Source: Octopus bimaculoides
Taxonomy: Eukaryota
DNA: 64,000 bases
Assembly (NCBI RefSeq): GCF_001194135.2
Contig: NC_069004.1
Span: forward strand, 16,344,652 to 16,408,651
Reading direction: 5' to 3'
In this document: in pieces, positions 25,449 through 37,760 of the stretch
How positions within the stretch are numbered: position 1 is the stretch's first letter
Layout of the letters: each line of letters starts with the position of its first letter
Made by a program: the position numbers and the translations under genes
Notes under the pieces: generated by a model
Databases searched by the model: none
Told to the model about the DNA's origin: nothing
The model's input: the letters and a program-made list of their open reading frames with translations, nothing else

Positions 25449-25925
25449 TCAGTAGTTTTATTTTTATAATGTGCTTTCACTTGTACCGAGCGCAGCTCTG
25501 TGTGCCTTGGGTATGTGCTGTAGTTTGCTGTGATGCTCTTATAGTTACTGTATTGAAAGTGTTTTGCGTAGGATGTGTGCAGTGCCCAGTAGTGCAATTT
25601 CCTGTATGTTATATATATTTGTAAGTTCTGGTGTTTTTGTTATGTATTTGTCTGAATATTTTTTTATTATACCTAAGGCGCCTACTATGATAGGAATTGT
25701 TTCTGTTTTTAGATTCCACATTTGAGTTACCTCTATTTCCAGGTCTTTGTATTTTGAAAGTTTTTCCATTTCTTTTAGGGAAACATTGTCATCTGCTGGT
25801 ATTGATACATCAATTAGAAAGCATTTTTTTCCCTTCATGATCTTTGACAACTATATCTGGTCTATAGGCCTTAATTTCTCTATCTGTGTGTATTGACATA
25901 TCCCAGAGTATGGTTACTTTCTTGT
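25449..25925 (-). mobile_element. R4/Dong-clade LINE family B, RLE domain + 3' end
   Basis: KVTILWDMSIHTDREIKAYRPDIVVKD..CFLIDVSIPADDN..KLSKYKDLEIEV..IPIIVGALG..LRKTLSIQ*; (TAA)n at both ends. Confidence 0.9.
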
Positions 25926-25981
25926 TATTATTCTTATTATTATCATCATCATCATCATTATTATTATTATTATTATTATTA

Positions 25982-26512
25982 TCAAGTGAGCAAGCAGTGC
26001 ATGCCATCAAAGTGGCACTGGGGTTAAATATATGAAGCCCAATATACCTATCATGACTACCCATCTGATAAGGGTACACCAGGCACATGCATCACAACTA
26101 TATGTGCATGACATGGTAATCTCATATCAAGATAAACAGTGAATGACCTTGCAGGTGGAGCCCAGTTAGAGTTTTCCTCAGGTTAAGTAGCCCTTCTGCT
26201 CAAAAGGTCTCTGAATAAGGGTTGTTTAAGGATGTTGAGCAAAACACCCTATGTTTCCAGAGGTAAATTATCCAAACCCAGAAGAATTCCTCTCCCACTA
26301 CTTCTGCTTGTGATCAGAGATGCACATATCATCAGCCACTAAGGGACATGCTCAACTGATTACGGTCAAACAACTGACAAGCAAATCTATGGTACTGAGT
26401 AGAATATTTGCTGTAGCCCATCTTTTATACTAAGACAAAGCCATGTACATGATAACACTTCCAATCAGTTCAGATCAGAAGCCATGAGAGCCACTGCCTG
26501 ATACCAAGCCAC
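25982..26512 (-). mobile_element. Candidate 5S rRNA-derived SINE (SINE3-like) with (TAA)n tail
   Basis: Minus-strand head gatct-gaa-ctgat-t-ggaag-(24 nt)-ttagta-taaaa-gatggg is colinear with 5S rRNA gatct-cgt-ctgat-ctc-ggaag-(20 nt)-ttagta-cttg-gatggg; flanked by TAA arrays. Confidence 0.5.
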
Positions 26513-26540
26513 TATTATTATTATTATTATTATTATTATA

Positions 26541-26575
<35 letters not shown>

Positions 26576-26579
26576 TATT

Positions 26580-27200
26580 AAGGAAGTGAGCTGGCAGAAT
26601 TGCTAATGCACCAGACAAATTGCTTTGTAGCATTTTGACCGTCTTTACATTCTGGGTTCAATTCCACTGATGTTGAACTTTGTCTTCCATTCTTTTGGGG
26701 TCAATAAAAAAAGTACTTGAGTCAATCTAATTGACTTATTCCTCCCTTGAAATTGCTAGCCTTGTACCAAAATTTGAAACCACTATCGTTATTGTTGAGG
26801 TGGTGAGCTGGCAGAATTGTTGGCACACAAACAGAATGCTTAGAGGCATTTCATCCATCTTTATGTTCAAATTCCACTGAGGTCAGCTTTGCCTTTTATC
26901 CTTTCCAGATTGATAAAATAAGTACCAGTTGAGCACTGGGAGGTCGATGTATTTGACTTACCCAATTCATCTAAATTGTTGGCCTTGTGCCAAACTTTGA
27001 AACCATTATTATTATTGTGATTAAGATGCTGAGCTGGCAGAATCGTTTGAGTGTTGGATAAAATGCAATGTAGTATTTATTCTGGTTCCTTACATTTTGG
27101 TTTCAAATCCCACCTAGGTTATCATTACTTTTTGTTCTTCCAGTATCAGTTTAGTCATGGGGTTGAAGGTATCAACTACACTTCTTCCCCTCAAAGTTGC
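26580..27200 (+). mobile_element. Three tandem SINE family B copies (26580-26785, 26797-27005, 27023-27200)
   Basis: Each starts gtgagctggcagaat / gctgagctggcagaatcg and they are separated by short (att)n tracts. Confidence 0.85.
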
Positions 27201-29889
27201 TACACTTATGCTTAAATCAAATCATTATTGAGATTTCTAATTAAATTTATGAGTAGTTATCAATTGTCTGGAAATGTTTAAGGACCGTATGTTTCTGATT
27301 ATAACCATAGCTATGAAAATGTGCAGCATTCTCTCTATCAACAACCATTTTATCATATTTTTCAGTGTTTTATAGTGAACACCATTTTTATGCTTTCAGA
27401 ACATTCAATCTACACATTGCTACTATAACTCTTATACAGACTTCAAAACCATTCATTTGTCATAAATTCCAACAAGGATTAGATTATGCATTGTCATGGT
27501 GATGTTTATAATCCTCCTTGGTTTGCATTTTATAGTCATTGGCAAATAGGGTCACATTGTGTCTCTGTTAAAGTCTCCTAGATAGGAGGTCTCTCTCAAG
27601 ACAGTTTTATATTAATAGCTTCTTCATCTTAAACAGCTATATTTTCTTCCAAAAATTTCCTTTGCACATTTCAAACTGAGATTCAGTTCATGAAATATAA
27701 TTTATTATTAAAATATTTAATTCAAGTAACATAGAAACTCCATGTATTGCATATGTTAACACAAAATTTATTGTTTTCTATGTAGCTCACGTTTCTGAAT
27801 TATTTAATTTCTAAATTCAGTGTAGTATATTGCCATCATACCTAAATATGATATTTAAAATAAAGACAAATTATATTACATAACTAGTTGCAACAACAAT
27901 AACAACTGCAGTTGCAACAATATAAGTTTCATGTACATACATAAAATTATGATAATTCTGGTTTTTAGGTTAGCTAGAAGGCTATATATTTATAAAACAA
28001 GAGAATGGGGTTTTATAGCATTCATATCCTCAAAATAGTAATGGTGCAATAAAAAAAAAATAATAATGATGATGATGTAAATTTATTTGCAAAGGCCCAA
28101 GACATTGGGAGCATTACAAGGATGAGATACAAATACACGTGGGGTTTACATCAAGTAAAGTTTCATTTTAGGCTTGATTTCTATGGCTGAATGTCCTTCC
28201 TTACACCAACCACTTAACTGAGTGTACTTGATGGCACCGGTACATACATACATTTGTGCATATACATATACATGAATTTGTGTGAGGGCTTGGGTGGATG
28301 TATATTTATATATGTGTATCTTGATTAGTACTTAGTTTATCAAGCCCCCACCACCACCACCACCACCACCACCACCACCACCAAAAAAAATATATATATA
28401 TGGCTGGTATTTGAACTCAGAATGTAAAGCCTTATAACTAGTATCACAAGGCATGTTGTCTGTATTCTAATATAAATAATGAGCAGTGTCCATAGAATTT
28501 CCATGGTTGGTTTGAAGACTGCAAGATATCAGAAATTTCTACAAAACCATGAAATACACAATTTTTTTAAAAATTGTATTTTTGCTGTAGTATTTGATGC
28601 TTGAGATGGTATGCAGTTCACAGGGCAAGAATTGAAGGTGCAGTCTTAGAAGAGAACTACTTTGAAAATTATATTCTTTGTTTTATATATGTCACCTCTT
28701 CAACCTCAAGAATTGTTATCTGTTATTCTTTTAATTTTTACTGCAAGAATTAAACCATCTTTACTATTCTTTTATCAAACATTTAAAGGCATTTCACTGC
28801 ACAAACTCTATATTCACAATTTTTACTGTGGAACAAAACTGAAGACAATCTAAGAGAAAATGGATATGGCTGAATTTGAATCCACTATTTCAGTAAACAA
28901 GGTACAATAGTTGCCTCACCAAACTATGGATTCTAAAGAAAATATACCAGGCTTAAAATTTTTTTTAAAGTACTGGGGTCAATTTGTTTGACTAAAAATT
29001 CTTCAAGGCAGTGTCCCTGTACACCCACAGTCTAATGACTGAGACAAGTAAAAAAGATAAAACATTTAGAAGCTGAGTATTGATTTGGCCAGTTTCTGCA
29101 CAGTTTCACAATTTTCAGCCCAGAGGAACACCAAAAAGAATGATGAAATAAGGAGAAATGAGTGAATTAGAAGCACCCACATTAAGCTGACATGAGACAA
29201 GCCTGCTCCACAGAGCAGAGGTCACTGTAGTCACAGTGGAAAAGGCAGTGAAAGGACTCTGTAGGCCAGGAGTGGACATGTGTATTATACGTATCTCCGT
29301 ATAGTGTCTACATATATATTACAAACATATCTACACTCACAAGATTTACATATAATACATGCAGTATTCAATCAAATATATATTTGCACTTGCAACTGTT
29401 GAAACTAAATATTATTGATAGTAACCTTGCCCATCCACTTTTGCATCCACCCTTAAACGATAACCTTAAAAAAAACTGAAAACAAAAACTAAGGGCACTG
29501 TCCCTTTCTCTTCAAAAGAGTTATGAAGAGTTCTTGTTTGTGTGTCTCTTCTCTTATAATTCCATTCTTTTATAAGAATATCGAATTGACCCCAGTACTT
29601 GACTGATACTTTATTTTACCAAGTCCAGAAGGATTGGAAGGTAAAATAGCTCTTGATGAGATTTGAACCCTGAACAGAAAGGGCTTGACACTGTCGTGAT
29701 TCTGACAATCGACAGTCGACAATTATAATTGTCGTCTCCTGCTTAAAATAAGAATAACTATATGAATAAATAAAGAACTGCATTCCTTACTGTTTCCATT
29801 ATTTCTAACCTAAATACTAACATGAATTCATCAGTAGAAATCTCCATCAAACAGATGTCCACAATTTTTATGATTCATTATAACATCCT

Positions 29890-29943
<54 letters not shown>

Positions 29944-31071
29944 CTCCCTCCCTCCCTCTCTCTCTCATTTCCTTCATCCTGTCAGTCATCTTTCTTTCCT
30001 ATTCCTCTTTTGCTCTCTCCTTCCACATCTCTCTCTGTTGTCTCTCATTTCCTTCATCCTGTCAGTCATCTTTCTTATTCCTCTTTTGCTCTCTCTCTCT
30101 CTCTCTCTTTCTCTCTCTACCATTTATATTTCTGTCCTACTTCATCATTATTTCATTCACATTTATTTCCTTTCTATTTTCTTACTCCATTATATCTTTA
30201 TTACTAATTCTTTAATTATTTCATATTCCACACTCGTCTTTCTCACATGGATACATGTGTGTGTGTATGTGGATAGATATATAGATAGATATACATACAC
30301 AGATGCAGGCATCTGTTTCCCCCTTTCTCCCCTTTCACACATACACACACCCTATCCCCCATACCTCACCACTCCAAAACCTCCATAGAAAGCCAATCAG
30401 TCTAAATAAGACCATTGAAGATCTGCAGTGGCTTATTTTAGTCAGAAATCTTTTATTCTTTTCATCACGTCCATTTTCTCATGATTACCTTTCTATCCTC
30501 CCCCTCCTCTTCTTCTTCATTCTAATTTCATATTTCTGCAATAGCGTTTGAGATATTGCTTAACACACATATAAAATGTTATTGATAGGGATATAATGAT
30601 GTTGGATGATACTGGAAGGAAGTAATTGGGGACAGTGTGAGTGCTGGAGTGGTAGACGATGGGTGGAGTGCAGTAATGTATTTTTGTGCCCAACACACAC
30701 ACATGTACTTTTAAATAATAAAGTAGCCACTGAGATATTTGTGTAAACACTTGTAAACAATAACACTTGAAATTTAAATAAATAAAAGTGATTTCCTTTC
30801 TATTTTGTTGCTTCATAATATCTTTATTACTAATTCTTTAATTTTTCCTCACCAGGGATTGAAACACATCAAGCTGCTAACTGAACAAATGTGCTCCTAT
30901 ATATTATCCTGCAGTGTTATTTTGTTCATCTCTTCTTTGGATTAAATGTACATGTACTTATCTGCTTACTGAAAGATTAATGCTATCTGTAACCTCTCAG
31001 TATATGACATAGTGGGGTTTGGCCTAAAGCACTAAGAATATACACACACAATGAATGTATGTGTGTGTGTA

Positions 31072-31159
<88 letters not shown>

Positions 31160-31674
31160 CGAGAGAGACAGATGGTCAACTTGTTTGGGTGGACCTTATT
31201 CTACTGTAGCTCCATTATAATCTAACATCTATTTTAAATTTTGTGATTTTTGCAAATTAGATGGAGAAGAATGGATCTTTCAGAAATCATTTCTGTCACA
31301 ATGTTTACCTCAGGACAAAGTCTAGAATCTGAAGAAACTACTAATGGTCCACTGATGGAAATCTTTACAAGAATTTCTAGAAGACTTTAATAATTTCAAT
31401 TGCTGTGATGAGGGTAGATTCTTATGTTGTCTAACTTCACAAAGAACAAGACCCAAGGATTTAGATTCTTCACATCTTATAGCAATTGAACTTCTGAGAA
31501 CATTCCAATGTTTACCTCAATTCCTAGCTGAGTAAGGGGAATTACCAACTGTGCAATTGTCCTCAAAAACACTCACTTCATCTATGCTAGCATGGAATTA
31601 AAAAGTTATAGCCACAAATGTTAAAGTAAATCATTCTCCTTTCCTGTGTTTATTTCTATTTCACTGGCCTTGTA

Positions 31675-31945
31675 GGGTTTTCGAGCGAGATCGTTACCAG
31701 TGCCCCTGGACTGACTCTTGTGCGGGTGGCACATAAAAGACACCATCTCGAGCGTGGCCGTTTTCGTGCGGCTGACACGTAAAAGCACCCACTACACTCT
31801 CTGAGTGGTTGGCGTTCGGAAGGGCATCCAGCTGTAGAAACTCTGCCAAATTAGATCGGAGCCTGGTGTAGCCATCCGGTTGCACCAGTCCTCAGTCAAA
31901 TCGTCCAACCCATGCTAGCATGGAAAGCGGACGTTAAACGATGAT
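31675..31945 (+). mobile_element. Young RTE 3' UTR/terminal copy (CpG-rich)
   Basis: cgagcgagatcg..cactacactctctgagtggttggcgtt..ccatgctagcatggaaagcggacgttaaacgatgat. Confidence 0.9.
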
Positions 31946-32300
31946 CATCATCATCATCATCATTTTCTTCAGTGTCATTCTCATCATCATGATGCTTATC
32001 CTATTCTGCATTGTCACATTTGTGTGGGTGGATCAATTGTCCCCCAAGCCTCTCCTAATCTTTCGCGATACTTCCCTAGATTATTCTTGCCGTGTCCTTT
32101 CCCCAGTCACCCTCTCCAACATCAAAATATGCTCACCTTGTTTATATAATCAATATTTGTTCAATTGCAACAATCTGTATTCTAATCTGACGTTGAATAT
32201 TCACAAACCAAGCTCTACCAATGTCCTACAAACTACTGATGGCATTTATTTATATATTGCCTTTGTTTCACACCTGTAACACAACACACACACATGTGCA

Positions 32301-32343
<43 letters not shown>

Positions 32344-32510
32344 GTTACTCAGAGTCTCTAGTTGTATACACTCTACAAACAAGTCCTGTCAGAACACGCT
32401 GAAATCTTTCACCTGGTTGTTACTGAGTTCATCTAACAGTGCTCTCTGTTAACTTTCATCAAGTCCCTACATTCATATTTTGTTGTCTGAACAAACTCAG
32501 AGCATTCATC

Positions 32511-32545
<35 letters not shown>

Positions 32546-32638
32546 TCACACATACACAGATCTATGGATGTATATGTATGTATATGTATGCATATATATT
32601 TATCTGTATGTATCTATAGATGTGTGCATATGTGTGTA

Positions 32639-32682
<44 letters not shown>

Positions 32683-33299
32683 TCATGATCATCTAAATGT
32701 CTACTTTTGCATGCTTGCAGCAGTGTTTTCTACATCTGGGTACACTTCCTGTTAGCAACCCCAACATGCTTTCAAGCAAGGTTAATAATCTCCTAGTCAA
32801 ACTGCGCAGATGTAGTTACATGAAGACTTGGAAACAAAATGGCACCATATGAGTGAGCATTTGTTTACAATGATTAAACTACATGTCAAGAAGCTCAGAT
32901 GTGGTTTTGTGATGGATGGCAAGCAAATGGCACCATTTACATCAACAGCAAGGCCGTTGTTTAAAACCAGCAAATATATGTGAGAGCGCAAGCAAATACA
33001 AACTCACTCACATAAACACACATACTTGCACACATACATACATGCATGCATGCATGCGAGTATATTGCTTGTACAAGGGAAGTATGTGAATGTTTGTATG
33101 TGTGAACCAGCATTCTTTCAGTAACAAACGATGATCAATGTCACATCTCAAAAAACAACCACAAGATAACATTGACAAGTGTATTAATTTGATTTACCTT
33201 CAATATTTATATACAATATACTACAATTAGCCATCATTTTTAGATGGCACAGGGCCAGCTAATATAATATATACATGTTATAATATTCAGGAGCCCTGA

Positions 33300-33680
33300 A
33301 GGAATCAGTTGCTTTCTGCGGTCTTAAAGATATTTCATCATTCAAGGAGTAAGAATGGCTGAGTGTTCTGCCCAGGTCCATAAACTTGTCTACCACTTTC
33401 AGTATTGTATTTTCACCTAAGATAGATGATTTTCCTTATGTAGGCTGGAACATTGCAACAGTCTTGACAGGCTAATGCTGTGTTCAATGCCTTGCAAGAT
33501 GCAGAATTATGATCCACAAGAGTTTGCATATTTTCAATTGTATGAGCAACTAAGTCACAACCATCTGCATAAATGAGGCCATGAATAAAGATTGAAAAAC
33601 CTTTAAATTAGTGACAGATTGATGCAAGTTGAACAGACAAATTGAAGATCATTTCTCACATATATCCCCATCAGAAACTA
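33300..33680 (-). mobile_element. BovB-like RTE reverse transcriptase fragment
   Basis: IHGLIYADGCDLVAHTIENMQTLVD..ISLSKTVAMFQP..LKVVDKFMDLGRTLS (YADD region mutated to YADG). Confidence 0.7.
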
Positions 33681-33699
33681 AAATTATGATCCTAAGGAC

Positions 33700-34220
33700 T
33701 GTATAATTTATTCAAGGGATATGTGGTGTCACGCTGTAGCTAATCCACATTTATATAAGGGTGGATGGGAATATCTAGGTAAAAGATGGTAGTGTTGGGG
33801 TGCCAGAGCAAAACCTTCAAGAAGTAGATGATATGAACAATGGATCAAAAGTGGAGGGTGGGAAGTAATAAGAGTACAAAGGGAGGTTACCAGATAAAGA
33901 TGAGGACAGACATGATTGTAGTCAGTGATGAATGGGAGTGGAAGTGCAGCTTGGTGGAAATATCAGTTTGGGTAGTGGAGGGAGGAAGTAAGCTGAGACA
34001 GAAATAAATGATAGTTCAGGGATCAGAAGATGATCAGCAAAGCATAGGAGCAGTGGGGAGGGAGAATTAGAGGTAGATGAGGAGTAGCTATAGTGAATGG
34101 GCATGGTGGCAGATGAGAAGGTGCTAAGAGATAACTGATATGCAAGGTGTTAAGATGAAGCATGGCATAGGAGGGCTGAAGGGGGATTAGCTGGAAGCAC
34201 ATGGAAAGGATGATAATGAG
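33700..34220 (-). mobile_element. Possible decayed Penelope-like RT/thumb region
   Basis: C-rich minus strand with weak PLE-like peptide traces (NTLHI..FTIA, PFITDYN); many stops. Confidence 0.3.
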
Positions 34221-34224
34221 AATC

Positions 34225-34725
34225 ATCATCATCATCATCATCATTGTTTAACATCTGCTTTCCATGCTGGCATGGGTTGGACGGTTTGACTGAGGGCTGG
34301 CGAGCCAGAAGGCTGCACCAGGCTCCAATCCGATCTGGCAATGTTTCTACAGCTGCTGGATGCCCTTCCTAACGCCAACCACTCCGAGAGTGTAGTGGGT
34401 GCTTCTAAGTGCCACCAGCACGAAGGCCAGTCAGGCGATGCTGGCAACGATCATGCTTGAATGGTGCTTTTTACATTCCACCAGCATGGGAGCCAGTCAG
34501 TAGTCCTGGCAATGATCACGCTTGAATGATGCTTTCAACGTTCTACTGGCACGGGTACCAATCAGGCAGTACTGTCATCGGCCATGACAACAATTTCACT
34601 TGCCTCCACAGGTCTTCGCAAGCATAGTTTATTGTCCAATGATTGAAGTGTACTCTTAAATGAGCTGGTTATGCTACACTGGCATAGGCCATGGTCATGG
34701 CCTCACTTGGCTTGCCCGGTCTTGA
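34225..34725 (-). mobile_element. RTE 3' UTR + tail
   Basis: Homologous to 41700-42348 in reverse orientation. Confidence 0.85.
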
Positions 34726-34999
34726 ACGGTGGAAATGGATTGAGAAATTAAGGCAGTAACAGGTGGCACATGGAATTGGGAGATGTTATATGTGTGTAGG
34801 AGAGATGGTTTTTGGGTGGGCGAGGCAGGAAAATGAGATGTAGGGAATAACTGACAAGGCAGTATGAGTGTAGGGACAGCACCTAGCATGTGGGGAAAGG
34901 TGAGTGGCTAGAAAAATGAAATGTGGATAATACTTGACAGGACAGCATGGAAATAGCAACAACGCCTAGCATGTACAAGCATAGACAAAATGCTTTTAG

Positions 35000-35225
35000 G
35001 ACCTCATATTTCTTGTTATCAATGGATTTTCTCAAGCCCAGTAAATTGTCAATCATCCTGGTCCTTTGTCATTCCCTCCATGAGGCTCAACATATTGAGG
35101 TCAGCCTTCGCTATTTTGTCTCAAGTCCTACTGAGTCTCTCTCTTCCACAAGTTCTATCCACTCTAAATGATCATCCCTTTGTTATGCAACCATCCTCAT
35201 TCATACAAATTACATGACCATGTGC
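35000..35225 (-). mobile_element. RTE C-terminal fragment
   Basis: Reverse of ggtcatgtaatttgtatgaatgaggatgg..acttgtggaagagagaga..ctcatggagggaatgacaaagg; homologous to 41550-41750. Confidence 0.65.
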
Positions 35226-35639
35226 TTCCAGCTAATCTTCTTTGTTGCACATTGCATTTAATTTCTCAACTGTAAGTAAACATATTCTATAAATTAAGCA
35301 GCAAGTATACTCAAATGACAATGTACTCTATAGTTTAGAAATTATGAAATACACAGAAATAATGTATTCAGAAGCACATTTTTCAATATTCACATATAAT
35401 GTAAATTCTTACATATACACAGGCACACACAGTGTTACAAATGCACACATATACATGGTCAATATTTACTATATGGTCTGAATATTTTACAAGGGGAAAT
35501 TTATATATTTCCAATGAGTTAATTATTATTTGCAGTGAAAATATATTTACTTTTGCTCTGCTTTGGTGAATATGGCCCTCAGTGTTGTCTTCTGAGAATT
35601 GCAGTTCTGGTAATTATCAGTTGAGATTATGGCTGGTTG

Positions 35640-35780
35640 GTATTAGGAAGGGTATCCAGCTGTGAAGACCCTGCCAAAACAGACAAAGTAGCTTGGGATA
35701 GTCTTCTATCTAGCTGGTTCCTGTCAACCATCCTACCCATGCATGCAAGCATGGAAGACGGACATTAAACGATGATGATG
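35640..35780 (+). mobile_element. RTE 3' end (degenerate)
   Basis: aggaagggtatccagctgtg..acccatgc..agcatggaagacggacattaaacgatgatgatg. Confidence 0.65.
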
Positions 35781-36417
35781 ATTACCGCATTACAAAGAAT
35801 CACCTCTTCCTGTTTATTTATTCACTTGATTTCTGTTTTTCTTTTTGTTTTTGTTGTCGAAAGCTTTACTCATTATAATTTACTACTTTTGGACTTAGAG
35901 TTGGAAATGGTTTCATATACTTGTGTGCAGGCTGATTCAGTTACATGTCTTAGAATTGCATCATGAGGATATATAGATGTGATATTTGCACTGAACTTAT
36001 TGTTTAAATCAATACACTAGATAAATAAATGTATTGTGCGTATGCTTTCTTATATTAAAATGTGTGGGCGAATATTTCTTCACAATAATGCTGGTGTGTA
36101 TGATTGTATTCATGCTTTTGTGTATTTATCTTATATGTGCAGATATGTCTGTATGTGTATGTAAGTACATTTACAATAACAAACAAATTTTTATTTTTTA
36201 ATATCAAAGTCATTAGACTTGCATCTGTTCTGCCATTTCCAAAAGCATTTTGTTAAGAATCTTGTTAGTCTGCACTTCCACTTCATCCCTACACATCTTG
36301 TCTCATTTAAAGTATGGAAGTGACACTTCCAGAATATTACAGGATCAGATGGTTTGAGATCTATATATAATAAAATTAAAATGACAAAGAATAAGAAATC
36401 ATGTCTTGAACTTCATT

Positions 36418-36498
36418 AGCTTACAGCTGTTTCTGCTATAAGATGCAATGCACTTATAGTTGAATGCATGTGTATCAATTTATAGCTTCATTAGAGCT
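36418..36498 (-). ncRNA. Type I hammerhead ribozyme motif (PLE-type, palindromic stem III), core G5A variant
   Basis: Minus strand: agct CUAAUGA a gcuauaa...uuauagc a GAAA cagcug UA agcu. Stem I agct/agct, 7-bp stem II, stem III ACAGCUGU palindrome, GUA cleavage triplet. Confidence 0.6.
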
Positions 36499-36508
36499 TC
36501 AAACATGT

Positions 36509-37246
36509 ATATTGAGTTCTAAAACACCAGGTTAGAATCACTATGCCTAAGCAATATAACACACACACACACACAGATACAGGGATTGTTGCAAAGGAAA
36601 GGCCTTTTCATTCTTCTATCACATTATTAATTTCACCATCACTTTCCAGCAGTCCTATTCTTTTGCAGGTTTCCTGATAAGTTGGTTTTACAATTACATC
36701 TATAGTTCTTTTTCCTTCCACTAACTATTTAACTACATGACAACAGCAATCCCTTTCTCTTAGCCCTCACCAGTAACACTTTTCTGTTTCTCTCTTTTCA
36801 CCTCCCTTCAACTATGTGGCAATGTCATTTGGCCTTGGTTTATTAATAGATAGATACTTCAATAATGATTGTTTACTTTCAACTCAGATTTGCAGAATGC
36901 AGGATCTACCACCTTGTTCTTCAGATTTCTATCTGTAAGTTGGTAAGAGTTTTCAGTTGTAACAGTTTGATTTGAAAATTGTTTCAGAAATCTTATTTTA
37001 CATTTGCAGTTTGTTCCTTTATCAGACATGCATATTGAGTTCTAAAACACCAGGTTAGAATCACTATGCCTAAGCAATATAACACACACACACACACAGA
37101 TACAGGGATTGTTGCAAAGGAAAGGCCTTTTCATTCTTCTATCACATTATTAATTTCACCATCACTTTCCAGCAGTCCTATTCTTTTGCAGGTTTCCTGA
37201 TAAGTTGGTTTTACAATTACATCTATAGTTCTTTTTCCTTCCACTA
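36509..37246 (+). repeat. Identical 215-bp direct repeat (36509-36723 and 37032-37246)
   Basis: Direct comparison shows no mismatch, including the internal (CA)n; offset 523 nt. Confidence 0.95.
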
Positions 37247-37269
37247 TTGATATCTCCATAGGGCTCATA

Positions 37270-37760
37270 GATCATATTCTTTTTTTTCTTTTCTTATCTT
37301 GAATTTCAGTGCAAACAAATTGATATGAATTGATTCTTTGAATTGATCTTCTGCTAAAATAAAAAGAATACGACCATGCATCAGTTTCTTGGTTGTCTTT
37401 CCAGCATGTATAAGCAATGATCTTCCAAGATAATCCTCTTTAAACAAATCATGAAAAAGCTGCTTCAGCTTTTGATGAAACCCTCTGACCATAATAACTC
37501 GTCATTCATTTGGTTTTTGATGAAACACTTTGTCATTCATTTGGCTTTTCACATATCCAAAGTGACAACTGAATCTTTTTCTCGTTATGATTGGTTTTGT
37601 AAAAATAATAAAGGTGTTCATTTTCCCATAATATCATAAATCATAAATTCCAGGAATGCTTTTGTATACTACCTTGGTGATCCATAGACATTTACTGGTT
37701 ATACGATTCTGGTTCCTCTTGCCTTTTCATGTCTTTTGTACTTGGCTGTATCAATCATTG
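37270..37760 (-). mobile_element. Possible decayed DNA-transposase remnant (Mutator-like/Kolobok-type C-terminal motif)
   Basis: KLKQLFHDLFKEDYLGRSLLIHAGKT...MHGRI resembles 'IKPIF.DLS...LL.RCLHGKTQN.NE.LHG.I'; upstream L*YYGK trace. Weak. Confidence 0.3.

Noticed and set aside
26400-26512. Functional 5S rRNA gene
   Set aside because: Only short colinear blocks match; termini and helix I are not recoverable.
28588-28610. 18-nt micro-exon candidate (gctgtag|tatttgatgcttgagatg|gtatgc)
   Set aside because: Too short to distinguish from chance splice-like motifs.
29717-29734. 18-bp perfect palindrome cgacaattataattgtcg
   Set aside because: Short, AT-centred and isolated; plausible by chance in 64 kb of repeat-rich DNA.
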